Shown here in pieces: positions 37,670 to 47,335 of a stretch of DNA of 64,000 nucleotides. The translations under genes and the position numbers were made by a program. This DNA is from Candidatus Scalinduaceae bacterium (GTDB lineage: Bacteria > Planctomycetota > Brocadiia > Brocadiales > Scalinduaceae), in the NCBI GenBank assembly GCA_046759445.1, contig JBHICG010000002.1:32001-96000 (forward strand). The letters are read 5' to 3'. How positions within the stretch are numbered: the stretch's first letter is position 1; every line of letters begins with the position of its first letter. Below the pieces are notes generated by a model. The model was not told where the DNA came from, did not search any database, and saw nothing but the letters and a program-made list of their open reading frames with translations.

Positions 37670-38923
37670 TTATCTTTCAGTAGAAAGTATTGTAGAGATG
37701 ATACTGCCTTTAAATAACTTTGTTTTAATTTTGTCGCCTTCGTTTAAATCCTCCACTTCGCAAAGAGATTTATTATTTTCCAACCGGGTCGTAATAGTAT
37801 ACCCTCTTTTTAATACACTGAAAGGATTTAAACTTTCCAATTTACCTGCAATGCCCGACAATTTTTCACGTTCAGTGTTTAAGGTATGTGTTATATTTAA
37901 GTTAAGCCTCTGGGTAAATTCATCTAATCTTTGTTGCAGCCTGTGAAGCTTATCTAATGGTTGTTTCATTATATAACTATCGGCAATTCTGGTAAGCTTA
38001 TCTTTTGATAATGTTAGTTTATTTTTAAGTGACTGAAAAAGTCTTATCTTAAATTTTTCTAACATCTCAAGGAGTAAATCTCTGCGAGGTACAACTAATT
38101 CACCTGCCTCGGAAGGTGTAAGAGCTCTCCTGTCTGCAACCAGATCAGCTATTGTTATATCAATTTCATGCCCTACTGCAGAGATTACGGGTATTCTAGA
38201 GTTGTATACGCTCCATGCAACAATTTCTTCATTAAAGGCCCATAAGTCTTCCAGGCTGCCACCTCCTCTGCCTACAATAATTACGTCAATGTCAGGCAGC
38301 TTATTTAATTCTATAATTGCCTCAGCGATTTCTTCTGCGGCACCGTCACCTTGTACTTTCACGGGATTTAGGAGTATCTCAACGTTGGCAAAGCGACGGT
38401 TTATAATGTTTAAGATGTCTTTGATTGCGGCGCCGGTAGGTGATGTTACTATTCCTATTTTCTTTGGTATGAATGGAATAGTTTTTTTATGAGAGGGATC
38501 AAACAAGCCTTCTTTTTCCAACTTTTCCTTTAGTTGTTGAAATGCAAGCTGCAGGGCGCCTATGCCTTTAGGTTCTATTTCATCAATTATTAATTGATAC
38601 TGTCCTCTTGGTTCATAAACGGTAATTGAACCAAAAGACATTACTTCTATTCCATCCTTGAGTTCAAACTTAATCTTGTTAGCGGTATTTCTGAAAATAA
38701 CTGCCTGAAGTTGTGCATTTTCATCCTTAAGTGTTAAATAAACATGGCCTGAACCTGGTTTTCTTACGTTAGATATTTCACCCACTATACTTATATTAGA
38801 AAAACTCTGTTCCAGGGATGTTCTGATTTTTCTTGTAATTTCAGAAACAGAGAATACCTTTTCGATTTGTTGTCTGAAAAGAGATTCTTGGTTTACTTTG
38901 TTTACCGGGAATTTATCAGACAT
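37670..38923 (-). CDS. xseA: Exodeoxyribonuclease VII large subunit
   Basis: GEISN...SGHVYLTLKD, RGGGSLEDLWAFNEE, SAVGHEID. Confidence 0.95.
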   Translation of the reverse strand: MSDKFPVNKVNQESLFRQQIEKVFSVSEITRKIRTSLEQSFSNISIVGEISNVRKPGSGHVYLTLKDENAQLQAVIFRNTANKIKFELKDGIEVMSFGSITVYEPRGQYQLIIDEIEPKGIGALQLAFQQLKEKLEKEGLFDPSHKKTIPFIPKKIGIVTSPTGAAIKDILNIINRRFANVEILLNPVKVQGDGAAEEIAEAIIELNKLPDIDVIIVGRGGGSLEDLWAFNEEIVAWSVYNSRIPVISAVGHEIDITIADLVADRRALTPSEAGELVVPRRDLLLEMLEKFKIRLFQSLKNKLTLSKDKLTRIADSYIMKQPLDKLHRLQQRLDEFTQRLNLNITHTLNTEREKLSGIAGKLESLNPFSVLKRGYTITTRLENNKSLCEVEDLNEGDKIKTKLFKGSIISTILSTER

Positions 38924-38978
38924 TTCTATGCAGCCCTAATGTTGTGATTATAACTAAAGTTTTTGCTCAAAATCGCAC

Positions 38979-39791
38979 TCAATTATTAGCATAAACATTA
39001 TAGCCATTTTCATTAATTTTAACTCTCTTTATCTTCTCAGCCTTGCCTGTTTCCTTGTTTACGGTTATTACTGCTCCTTCTATATGAAGATCCTTTTCGG
39101 CTATGTCATAACGAGCAGGCACTTGTGTGACAATAGACTTTAATACAGGGTCTATACGCCTGCCTAGAATTGATTCATGTGGACCTGTCATACCCAGGTC
39201 TGTGATATAGCCGGTTCCTTTGGGTAAAATCTTTTCATCTGCCGTTTGTACATGTGTATGTGTGCCAACAACTGCGCTTACCTTGCCGTCTAGATGCCAT
39301 CCCATTGCTATTTTTTCAGAGGTTGCTTCAGCATGCATGTCAACGATTATTATTTTTGTCAGTTTTGAAAGTTCCTTTACTGCCGCATCTGCAGCCCTGA
39401 ATGGGCAATCTACTGGTTTCATAAATACGCGCCCTAAAAGATTAATTATACCAATAGAGCAACCCTCCTTTGTTTTAATAGCAACATATCCTCTACCGTG
39501 TGCTAAAGGAGAATAATTCGCTGGCCTGAGTAGCCTTTGTTCGGACTGTAGAGAATTGAAGATTTCTTTTCTTTTCCAGACATGATCTCCCATTGTTATT
39601 ACGTTTATGTCGTAAGAGAAGAGTTTGTTAGCAATATTAACGGTTATTCCCGAGCCACCTGCAGAGTTTTCTGCATTTGCTATGCAAAAACCGACATCTT
39701 GTTCTTTAATAAAATTTTGAAGTTTTTCCCCTAAAATCTTTCTTCCCGGTTGCCCTACGATATCGCCAATTGCGAGGATATTTAATTGCAT
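38979..39791 (-). CDS. YmdB-like metallophosphoesterase
   Basis: GDIVG, NAEN, DMHAEATSEK, GTHTHVQTAD; start set at MQLNIL. Confidence 0.9.
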   Translation of the reverse strand: MQLNILAIGDIVGQPGRKILGEKLQNFIKEQDVGFCIANAENSAGGSGITVNIANKLFSYDINVITMGDHVWKRKEIFNSLQSEQRLLRPANYSPLAHGRGYVAIKTKEGCSIGIINLLGRVFMKPVDCPFRAADAAVKELSKLTKIIIVDMHAEATSEKIAMGWHLDGKVSAVVGTHTHVQTADEKILPKGTGYITDLGMTGPHESILGRRIDPVLKSIVTQVPARYDIAEKDLHIEGAVITVNKETGKAEKIKRVKINENGYNVYANN

Positions 39792-40051
39792 TTTAAAAAA
39801 TTGAGTATGATTTGAAAAATCATATAATAGACAGCGTATTAATTTTTTTGTGGGGTTATTATATCCCCTGTACATTACCCTTTCAATGAAATCTTGAGCC
39901 TTCAGAGAGAAAATATAACTGTACTTACGTTCTATATTTCAATTCTCTTAATATTGCTATACAAGCGATGGTACTAAAAAATATGTTATCATCATTGCAA
40001 ACTGAAAACCAACAAATTCTGTTAACCCATGATTTCTTAACAATTTCTTGC

Positions 40052-40105
40052 TTGACACTTTTAATACAATATATTACATTGTATTCTCTTTGAATACACG
40101 TATTC
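40052..40105 (+). promoter_or_regulatory. TA operon promoter with two palindromic operators
   Basis: TTGACA-N17-TACATT; AATACAAT-N7-ATTGTATT (40063-40085) and GAATAC-AC-GTATTC (40092-40105). Confidence 0.65.
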
Positions 40106-40139
40106 GTAATGAAAAAGCAAATTATTGGAGGTAATTATA

Positions 40140-40370
40140 TTGAAAGTTTTAACTATACGTTTACCAAAAGATATCGAAAACAAAATCAGGATCAAGGCTA
40201 AACTCAAACATCGATCAGTTTCAGAACAGATAAAAAAGTATATCAGTGAAGCAATGATTTGCGAAGAAAACCCGGATTTGCCACTAAGATTTATAAAAGA
40301 AACACTTGAAGCCAAAGCAGAAATTGAAGCGGGACTTGGGGTAGAATATAAGTTTGGCACAATTAAATGA
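40140..40370 (+). CDS. ParD-like RHH antitoxin
   Basis: LTIRLP...HRSVSEQI...EENPDLPLRFIKE; GGAGG RBS before TTG 40140. Confidence 0.8.
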   Translation: MKVLTIRLPKDIENKIRIKAKLKHRSVSEQIKKYISEAMICEENPDLPLRFIKETLEAKAEIEAGLGVEYKFGTIK

Positions 40371-40645
40371 AGAGCATAATCGCTTCGAATCGTTTCTTAA
40401 AATTTAAGAAAAAATCACCTAAGAAATTACAACTGGAGATTGACAATGAGGTAAAGAAAATTATCAATAATCCCAACATTGGTGAATTGAAAAAAGGAGA
40501 CTTGAAAGCAATACACGTTCACAAGTTCAAGTTTAAAACACAACTTTATTTACTTTCATATGAAGTTAAAGGAAGCACGTTATTTTTGTATCTAATTGAC
40601 ACACACGAAAATTACTATAAGCAATTAAAGAGGTATCTGTCTTAG
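40367..40645 (+). CDS. RelE/ParE-family toxin
   Basis: NPNIGELKKGDL...VHKFKF...THENYY; ATGA overlap with the antitoxin. Confidence 0.85.
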   Translation: MKSIIASNRFLKFKKKSPKKLQLEIDNEVKKIINNPNIGELKKGDLKAIHVHKFKFKTQLYLLSYEVKGSTLFLYLIDTHENYYKQLKRYLS

Positions 40646-40798
40646 AATAACTCTTAAGCGTATAATTTCTTCATACAATTCGATAAAAACTTTTTGAAAT
40701 ACGTAATCATACAATCAAACGGCAGCATTTGCGAGTTTGATTTTTAATAACTATAATCACAAATCAAGGTTTGATAATATCCTCCCCCTTCAATAAAT

Positions 40799-40872
40799 AA
40801 AGAAAAATTATCTTTGCTTTTTTTCTATTAGGAGAGGTTTATCTCTTGACAACGGGGGCCTTATAGGGCTTA
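40799..40872. repeat. ~72-bp direct repeat copy A (abuts AbiV stop codon)
   Basis: Near-identical to 43851-43922; shared core TTTTTTCTATTAGGAGAGGTTTATCTCTTGACAACGGGG. Confidence 0.9.
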
Positions 40873-41427
40873 GGCAGAGTGTAAGTTAGCTTGATTATTC
40901 TCTCTAAATTCATCGGCCTCTTTGATGATCCTTTGCCACTCAGTTGGTCCCGTTCCAGAATATAAGCCTTGGATTTCCCCGTATATTTCCCCAGAAATAC
41001 AGACTAACAGAAATGAATCAGCCCTTGATATCGAGTCGGCTGGAACTTGGACTCTACCATTATCTATTTCGATGTAGATGGAAGAATTGCGTATCTTGAA
41101 GAGATCGCCGTCTCTAAACCATTTGGCAAACCTTGATTCCTCTCTGCCATAGATACGCTTGACTCGCGCATTCACTTCGAGTGTCATACCAACCGCATAT
41201 ATATACTTCTGCTCATGATTATAGAAACTTCTCTTATCAAGTTTGCCTGAAAGATCCTTATTGCCAAGTATGATTATCTTACCCACCTCTTCAATGAGAG
41301 TGATGGCAAAGAAAGAAGCAAGAGCAAAATCATTCTTCTCGTAGAAACGGCGAGCTAATAACCAATACTTCTCTAGGTGATCTCGCGCCCCTTGCGGTAG
41401 AGAGATAGGCTTAGTATGGATATCCAT
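40870..41427 (-). CDS. AbiV-family (HEPN) abortive infection protein
   Basis: ASFFAITLIEEVGK, FYNHEQK, IRNSSIYIE. Confidence 0.72.
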   Translation of the reverse strand: MDIHTKPISLPQGARDHLEKYWLLARRFYEKNDFALASFFAITLIEEVGKIIILGNKDLSGKLDKRSFYNHEQKYIYAVGMTLEVNARVKRIYGREESRFAKWFRDGDLFKIRNSSIYIEIDNGRVQVPADSISRADSFLLVCISGEIYGEIQGLYSGTGPTEWQRIIKEADEFRENNQANLHSA

Positions 41428-41605
41428 TAAAGCTCAATCCTTGCTTTGTGAAAGCCATTCATTACTTATTGGACACTCTGCCTAACACCATGCATAACCT
41501 AGTGGGATACTAACCTTGTATTATTGAATAAGTTTGAATGCATTTATAAGCTTGAACCTAGAAAAAGCCCTACATTCCCGTTCAGGTTCATGCGATAGAT
41601 AGATA

Positions 41606-42493
41606 TTAATTTTCAACCTCACTACGAAATAAAAACCTTTCTTTTTCAAATAGAATTTTTGAAATAATAATATCCAAAATAAGGAACATTCTCTTTTCAA
41701 GTTTTTTGCTGGGTCCATAGTTAGCAGGAGCAAAATAATTAATTCTTTTGGCTTTGACTAATTTTTTGCAAACATTTAATGATTTTGGGCTATTTGGCTT
41801 ATATACAGCAATGGCAAATCCACTGTTCATCTTTACTACTGTCATCGATGGTACATCAGTGAGACCATCTCCAATATAAATCATATTAGAAAAAGGGATT
41901 GCTCTTTCGCTTTCAGGCATATATTCATTAATTGATTTCGTAACATCTTCTATTCCTTTATTTATTCGAAATAAAAATTGAGTTTTTGATGTATCATTAA
42001 TCACTATTGTTGGAAATTTTGCCACATGATGATGATCAAAGAAATATTCAGAGGCATACATTCTTTCGAAATTTTTTTTAATATCTATTCCCTCTAATAT
42101 TTCCTTTAAACCTGACGAAATAATGTAATGTTTTATTTTTACTTTATCATTTGACTTCTCTTTAACATAATCATTAATCCGATCAAACCATGTCTTAACA
42201 CCAGGATAATAATTAATATTTTTAGCAAGACTTTGAAGTTTGTTTTTATCGAGATGAGTTCTTTTTTCTTCAATTTTTTCAATGAGTAACCGCATATAAG
42301 TAAGCATACCATCCGCTTTTGTTTTTTTTGTTTCTTTTTTGACTTCTTCCCAAAACTTCTTTGAACTGAGCTGTAACTCGGGAAGCATAGTATATTCTTG
42401 CATTGGTAGAGGAGTTAGGGTTCCATCAAAATCATAAACCACTGCGATTACATTTTGGCCAAAAGATCTTCTGGTTTTTTTACTTTTTTTCAT
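41606..42493 (-). CDS. HAD-superfamily hydrolase
   Basis: VYDFDGTL, IISSG, K, YIGDGLTD motifs I-IV. Confidence 0.85.
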   Translation of the reverse strand: MKKSKKTRRSFGQNVIAVVYDFDGTLTPLPMQEYTMLPELQLSSKKFWEEVKKETKKTKADGMLTYMRLLIEKIEEKRTHLDKNKLQSLAKNINYYPGVKTWFDRINDYVKEKSNDKVKIKHYIISSGLKEILEGIDIKKNFERMYASEYFFDHHHVAKFPTIVINDTSKTQFLFRINKGIEDVTKSINEYMPESERAIPFSNMIYIGDGLTDVPSMTVVKMNSGFAIAVYKPNSPKSLNVCKKLVKAKRINYFAPANYGPSKKLEKRMFLILDIIISKILFEKERFLFRSEVEN

Positions 42494-42514
42494 AAGGGTT
42501 ATTTACTTTTTTGT

Positions 42515-42627
42515 TTCTAATGGCAGAATTGAACGGCAACCGCAGGCGACACGGAGAAAGTGAACGCAAGCGCTCGCATATTAATGTCGGCAAGGCGGCA
42601 GCCCCGCTTGCAATGCATTTGTCAATA
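42515..42627 (-). other. Degenerate integron attC-like site
   Basis: GC-rich imperfect palindrome. Minus strand reads TATTGAC-aaatgcattgCAAGCGG...CCGTTCAAttctgcc-ATTAGAA, 21 nt before the HAD ATG. Confidence 0.55.
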
Positions 42628-42824
42628 TGAAATAATTCTTATTTCATTTCTGTGCAACCAATAAGAGACTCGGCCCCTTAGTCCGTGACTTTGGCCCTTT
42701 AATTGGGATATGTTGTACCCGAACCTTCATTATTCAACAATTAATTGTTTTTTTAATACTTCAATCTCTTTCTGGAATTTCTTATCTCTTTTTATCCAGG
42801 TTTCTAATCTCTTTAGAGCTTCAC

Positions 42825-43748
42825 TTACCGTTGACCCTTTATTCCCATCCCAATTTCTATATTCTTCATATCGTTTTTTATTTTGACGAGCTCAATTAAA
42901 AGCTCAATTTTTTTTTCCCATAGTTCTTCTCTTTCTTTCTCAAGTGCCCCAATTTTTTGTATGCTATATTGATTGTAGGTATCTAATAATGATGTAGTAT
43001 CCTTACTTTTTTTAGTAGCTGAAATAGGTTGAATATAAAATTTCAAAAAATCCTTTCTTACAGTAATACGTTTTTCACTATGCAAAAAGACTCTCAGTTC
43101 ACGAAGAACAGTTTCTCCACTGTTTAAACCAACAGCGCCGAAACTTTCTGTTTCCACAGTATCAACCCAAGGTACTTTCCTTCCTTCCTCTAAGATACGA
43201 AAGGATATATTTAAACTATATATAGGAAATTCATTGTTATTCGTAATTTCTATGGGAACAGTAATCCAATGATTAGATTCCAACTGTGGAGTAATAAAAG
43301 TTAATGCCACACTTTTGGCAGTTTTTGCTAAATCTCTTTCAATATAATAATTTGCTAAAACAGAATCTATCTTTTTAAAACGGTCGTTTAGTGTTGTATA
43401 TTCACTATTTATTTGATTATATTTTATAAGAAGATCAGCTTTTTCTAATAACGCCGAGAAAGAAATACCGTCGATTAATGCCAGATATTCAGGTGGGCGT
43501 ATTGTTTCGTTGAAAAAAGAAGGGTAGCGTGACAAAAAGTGGTCATATTTCTGTTCAAGTATATGAATGATTTGCTCCTGTTGATCAGGAGATGCTTTAT
43601 TAAGCAAACTAGCAAGGCTTTTTTGGTATGCTTCTTGTGATGAACCATCAATTTCTTCGTAGGAACCACCACACGAAATCAGTAATGTAGTACACAACAG
43701 AGCCGTTAAAACAATTATGAAATTTTTCATAATTAATGTAGACATCAA
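42825..43748 (-). CDS. Hypothetical lipoprotein
   Basis: MKNFIIVLTALLCTTLLISC lipobox; no recognised family. Confidence 0.7.
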   Translation of the reverse strand: MMSTLIMKNFIIVLTALLCTTLLISCGGSYEEIDGSSQEAYQKSLASLLNKASPDQQEQIIHILEQKYDHFLSRYPSFFNETIRPPEYLALIDGISFSALLEKADLLIKYNQINSEYTTLNDRFKKIDSVLANYYIERDLAKTAKSVALTFITPQLESNHWITVPIEITNNNEFPIYSLNISFRILEEGRKVPWVDTVETESFGAVGLNSGETVLRELRVFLHSEKRITVRKDFLKFYIQPISATKKSKDTTSLLDTYNQYSIQKIGALEKEREELWEKKIELLIELVKIKNDMKNIEIGMGIKGQR

Positions 43749-43850
43749 GTCGTGGTTTATAGTAGTAAACTATCTGCCTTTGTCAATCGAGAACAACCTG
43801 AATTTGGGGAGTATTTTATCCGACATTTTTTGGTAGATCTATAAATTATT

Positions 43851-43922
43851 AAAGAAAATTATCTTTACTTTTTTCTATTAGGAGAGGTTTATCTCTTGAC
43901 AACGGGGACCTTATAGGTGTTA
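43851..43922. repeat. ~72-bp direct repeat copy B (abuts HEPN gene stop codon)
   Basis: Near-identical to 40799-40872. Confidence 0.9.
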
Positions 43923-44606
43923 TGTGCGATATTTATCTAAGAATCTCTGAATTTCATTTTCTATTTCTTTGAAAAAAGCTTGGAGAATTTCTATATATGC
44001 AGAAATAAATTCGCTCCTAAAAATTACAATATCGCCAGGGTTGCCTGACAAAGATTCTTGCGCCTTTACAAACTTATTGATTTTGTCGCTTTCATTCTCT
44101 GGCAAAACACTGCCATTATGAACAACGCAGTTTCTCAATCTGTTAGTGTTTTTAATGAAAGATAGCTCCTTATTAATTCTATCAAATTTGAATTCTGGTA
44201 TTTTTTTCAAGAATAATAGAGCTCGTTCGATACCACTACCTTTTAAGTCACGAATGCAAATATTGCTTTTTAGTTCATCTCCTATCTGACTGCATAATAG
44301 GTTTAAATGATGTTCTAGAAAATTATATAGCGTTATAAACATTGACCCTCGATGCATAGAAGGAAACATAAATTGGTTTTTGTGTAAATCGTATGTATAG
44401 CTTTCAATAAACCGATCATGATTATTTTCAGGTATTTCTTTTAGTTTTTCTGTGATATGGGCCTGTAATTTCTCATCATTTTTTTCAAATAATTTTTCAA
44501 CCTCAGTATAAAACTGCCTGTAATCGTGAAGATCATTAACAATAGAATGTGGATATGTGACCAACTCGAAACTAAAAGGAATATTGTTACTTTCTTGTTT
44601 GTGCAT
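43920..44606 (-). CDS. Hypothetical protein with HEPN-like Rx4H motif
   Basis: YNFLEHHL and LRNCVVHNG; all-helical. Confidence 0.6.
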   Translation of the reverse strand: MHKQESNNIPFSFELVTYPHSIVNDLHDYRQFYTEVEKLFEKNDEKLQAHITEKLKEIPENNHDRFIESYTYDLHKNQFMFPSMHRGSMFITLYNFLEHHLNLLCSQIGDELKSNICIRDLKGSGIERALLFLKKIPEFKFDRINKELSFIKNTNRLRNCVVHNGSVLPENESDKINKFVKAQESLSGNPGDIVIFRSEFISAYIEILQAFFKEIENEIQRFLDKYRT

Positions 44607-44869
44607 TTTATTTTTTCCTGCACATAATTTACTTTTATATAGAGAATATAGATAGTATAAAAGAATATAGCAAAAGTAGCAAAAGAATATAGGTGACCTT
44701 ATTAGATGAAATGTTATATTGCAAGACCTGAACCCATTCTTGCGCTGGCCCCGTTTCTTACCCTGTTTCTCCCTGTTGGTTTCCCGACACCTCGAGAAAA
44801 TCTACACCAACCCTATTTTTTCCCTTTATTGTCAGCAACAAAGTGAGCAATAACTTACTGCACATGCTC

Positions 44870-45205
44870 TTATTTCGTGACAATGAGCGCAATGAACACC
44901 CCCGTGAGTGCCAAATAGAGGCCTTTGATAGCAACACCAAAAAGAATTAGCTCAAATCCTGACCAGATCATAAGTGCTACACCAGCAGCAGTCAGCACCA
45001 CGGTAATTGTAGCAATCCCAATCAACTCTTTCGCGTTGTAATTATTTTTGTGCCTCGTCCGCAAAGAACCAATGAAACCTGCCGGACCAATGAAACATAA
45101 CGCGCACGCCACGAGCGCGGCGGTACCACTTACAAGTGAGCTTTTAAACATTACTTGAATGCAAGTGATCACGGTGATAAGGAAATAAAAATAAGCGAGC
45201 CACAT
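44870..45205 (-). CDS. Small 4-TM membrane protein
   Basis: 111 aa with four hydrophobic segments. Confidence 0.6.
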   Translation of the reverse strand: MWLAYFYFLITVITCIQVMFKSSLVSGTAALVACALCFIGPAGFIGSLRTRHKNNYNAKELIGIATITVVLTAAGVALMIWSGFELILFGVAIKGLYLALTGVFIALIVTK

Positions 45206-45495
45206 TGGAGAATATAGGTCCAGAGAAAGTTAAATAAGAAATCTAAGATTTATATTTAAGCGAAAAGTGTAACTAATTTGTAAGTAAATCAAATTTTCAT
45301 AAAGCAATTCGATTAATCAATTGATTGAGGAATCATCTAGTAGGAAAAGTCTGTTTACTCCGTGGAACCAACTATTCCACTGGGGTTTTGTTCTTGACAT
45401 CTATCTCAATAGGTGACCCCGTTCCGCTCTTGTAACGCACAGAGGGGATCTTTTGCGAACACCCAGGGCCATGATTGCGGGGCCGCTGAAACGCT

Positions 45496-45777
45496 TTAGA
45501 AGTCGCGAGGGTCCGGGTTCAAAATTTCTTCATCACCTTCAATGGGATATTCAGCATCGTTCAATTCTTTACAGTCAACATGATCACCCAATGACCAAGG
45601 ACTAATAGCTGTAGGTTGCGCTATTGATTTTTTTTCAACTGCGATGGAGAATTCTAATGTCGCTTTTCTCCGAGCTTTCTTTTCATCTTCTGCTCGCACT
45701 ATTACATTACCTTTATATATACTTGCATCCCAATGTTGAGAATTTAAATTTTTCGCTTCTAAATAGAATATTTTCAT
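45496..45777 (-). CDS. Hypothetical protein (cassette-like)
   Basis: 93-aa ORF bounded by complementary TTAGAAG / CTTCTAAC boxes. Confidence 0.65.
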   Translation of the reverse strand: MKIFYLEAKNLNSQHWDASIYKGNVIVRAEDEKKARRKATLEFSIAVEKKSIAQPTAISPWSLGDHVDCKELNDAEYPIEGDEEILNPDPRDF

Positions 45778-46122
45778 TGTCGATTTCTTTCTTCTAACAT
45801 TTACTTTTATATTTATTTTATATTTCTCAGCGTGTTATCGTAGTACGTGTTGGATATCAAGCTCAAACCGATAGAATTGTACTGGGACATAAATATAGAC
45901 AGCGACTGTTTTACCTAAACCAGTTAACCGTCATTGTACTAACTCAATAATTCGGTAATAAATTTTAGTCTTATATGCTCTTTTATAATAGTGTTATAGT
46001 AAAAAAAAGTTACCTATTTACTGAGCATATACAGCTGTACCTATTTATTCACCTAGCAAACTCAGTCTCTCTTGAAAAATCTTGAGCAATTATTTCTGTA
46101 CTAGTTAAAGCTAATTCACTCA

Positions 46123-46905
46123 TTACTGAAATAACCTCTCATATTCTAAACGTTCTTCAGGGGTAAGTGACCTTTGCTGAAGTATTTTTATAAGTTTCTT
46201 TGCTGTTTTTTGTTTTTCTTCTGTTATTTCCTCAAAATTTGGGATGGGTATGGCCTCTACCAATTCGCCAGTTGATATAAAGCTTGGGGGAATTACAACT
46301 TTATTTACTTCGTAGCCACTAGTAGAACCATATAGTTCATACGTTCTGGATCTATTTAATTCGTCTATTTTTGCGACAACGAAATAATCTGGCTCGCTAA
46401 AATAGCGAAATGAACGGAACATAAAACCTTCTCGTTTTGCTCCCAGAAATTGTTTAACGTTATCTTCAGAAGCAGTTAGCCGAAAGCGTATAGTTGTTTT
46501 ATTTACATATGGGCACAAAAATTCAACGACAATATCGTTTTCAGTCTTTTCTATATCTTCGAGATATCCTTTGAACAAGATGGGGTTCTTAGAATGGGCT
46601 TCCATGAATTTTTGGATTTCATAAGTGAAAGATGAAACACCCAAATTTTGCGGCAGGAAATAAACTGCGCTGTACTTACTTTTCAATTCATCAATCTTGA
46701 GTCTTTCTTCCTTTTGAGATTTTTGTACTCGTTCTTTCCTTTCAGCTTCTTCTTGCGACCTCCTTTCTTCGTAGGATGGGCCACACCCAGAGCTAAGAAG
46801 CAATAGACTCAAGATGATCGTATAGGCCAAATGAGTTGTGGATGTCGATTTTTTAGGTTGAGGATCGCATCTTTGATATTTGATATTCACATTGAGGACT
46901 TGCAT
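46123..46905 (-). CDS. Hypothetical lipoprotein
   Basis: LLLLSSGC lipobox followed by a coiled coil; start uncertain. Confidence 0.6.
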   Translation of the reverse strand: MQVLNVNIKYQRCDPQPKKSTSTTHLAYTIILSLLLLSSGCGPSYEERRSQEEAERKERVQKSQKEERLKIDELKSKYSAVYFLPQNLGVSSFTYEIQKFMEAHSKNPILFKGYLEDIEKTENDIVVEFLCPYVNKTTIRFRLTASEDNVKQFLGAKREGFMFRSFRYFSEPDYFVVAKIDELNRSRTYELYGSTSGYEVNKVVIPPSFISTGELVEAIPIPNFEEITEEKQKTAKKLIKILQQRSLTPEERLEYERLFQ

Positions 46906-47335
46906 TATTCACAATCCTATGAAACAAGTATTATGATTTGAGAACGACTATTTTTGGCAAGAAAGCTCATGTTTCTACACTCGTGTAGACATAAACCTGA
47001 ATTATGTTAACTAATCCACATCATAAGACGCGGCAAAGTTTTTATGCTGGTGAATAAGGTGATATTAAATATACTTATTATTGAAGTCAAGTATAAAAAG
47101 AGAGGTGGATTCAGGGCCTGTTTCGTATTCTTTTCTGGATTGTCTTGCTCAGGAGAATTAAGTTTAAAAGGCTGAAGCCTTAACTCCTAATAGTATTGTA
47201 ACGAAGGCCGATTTGTAATTTAAAATTGCAAAATTAAAAATCCCATCATCCTGTCTAAAAAACCCATAATGTTGGTGGAAGCCTAAAGGCTTCCGCTACA
47301 TATTTTACCTGTGTTTCGTGACCTGCCCGATTATT

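Noticed and set aside
43372..43389. TTTTTAAAACGGTCGTTT, resembling the 16-bp motif
   Set aside because: It needs a 2-nt insertion and lies mid-CDS; likely chance
43924..43928. GTGCG next to a cassette junction (group IIC-attC intron start?)
   Set aside because: It lies within coding sequence, with no reverse transcriptase or domain V nearby
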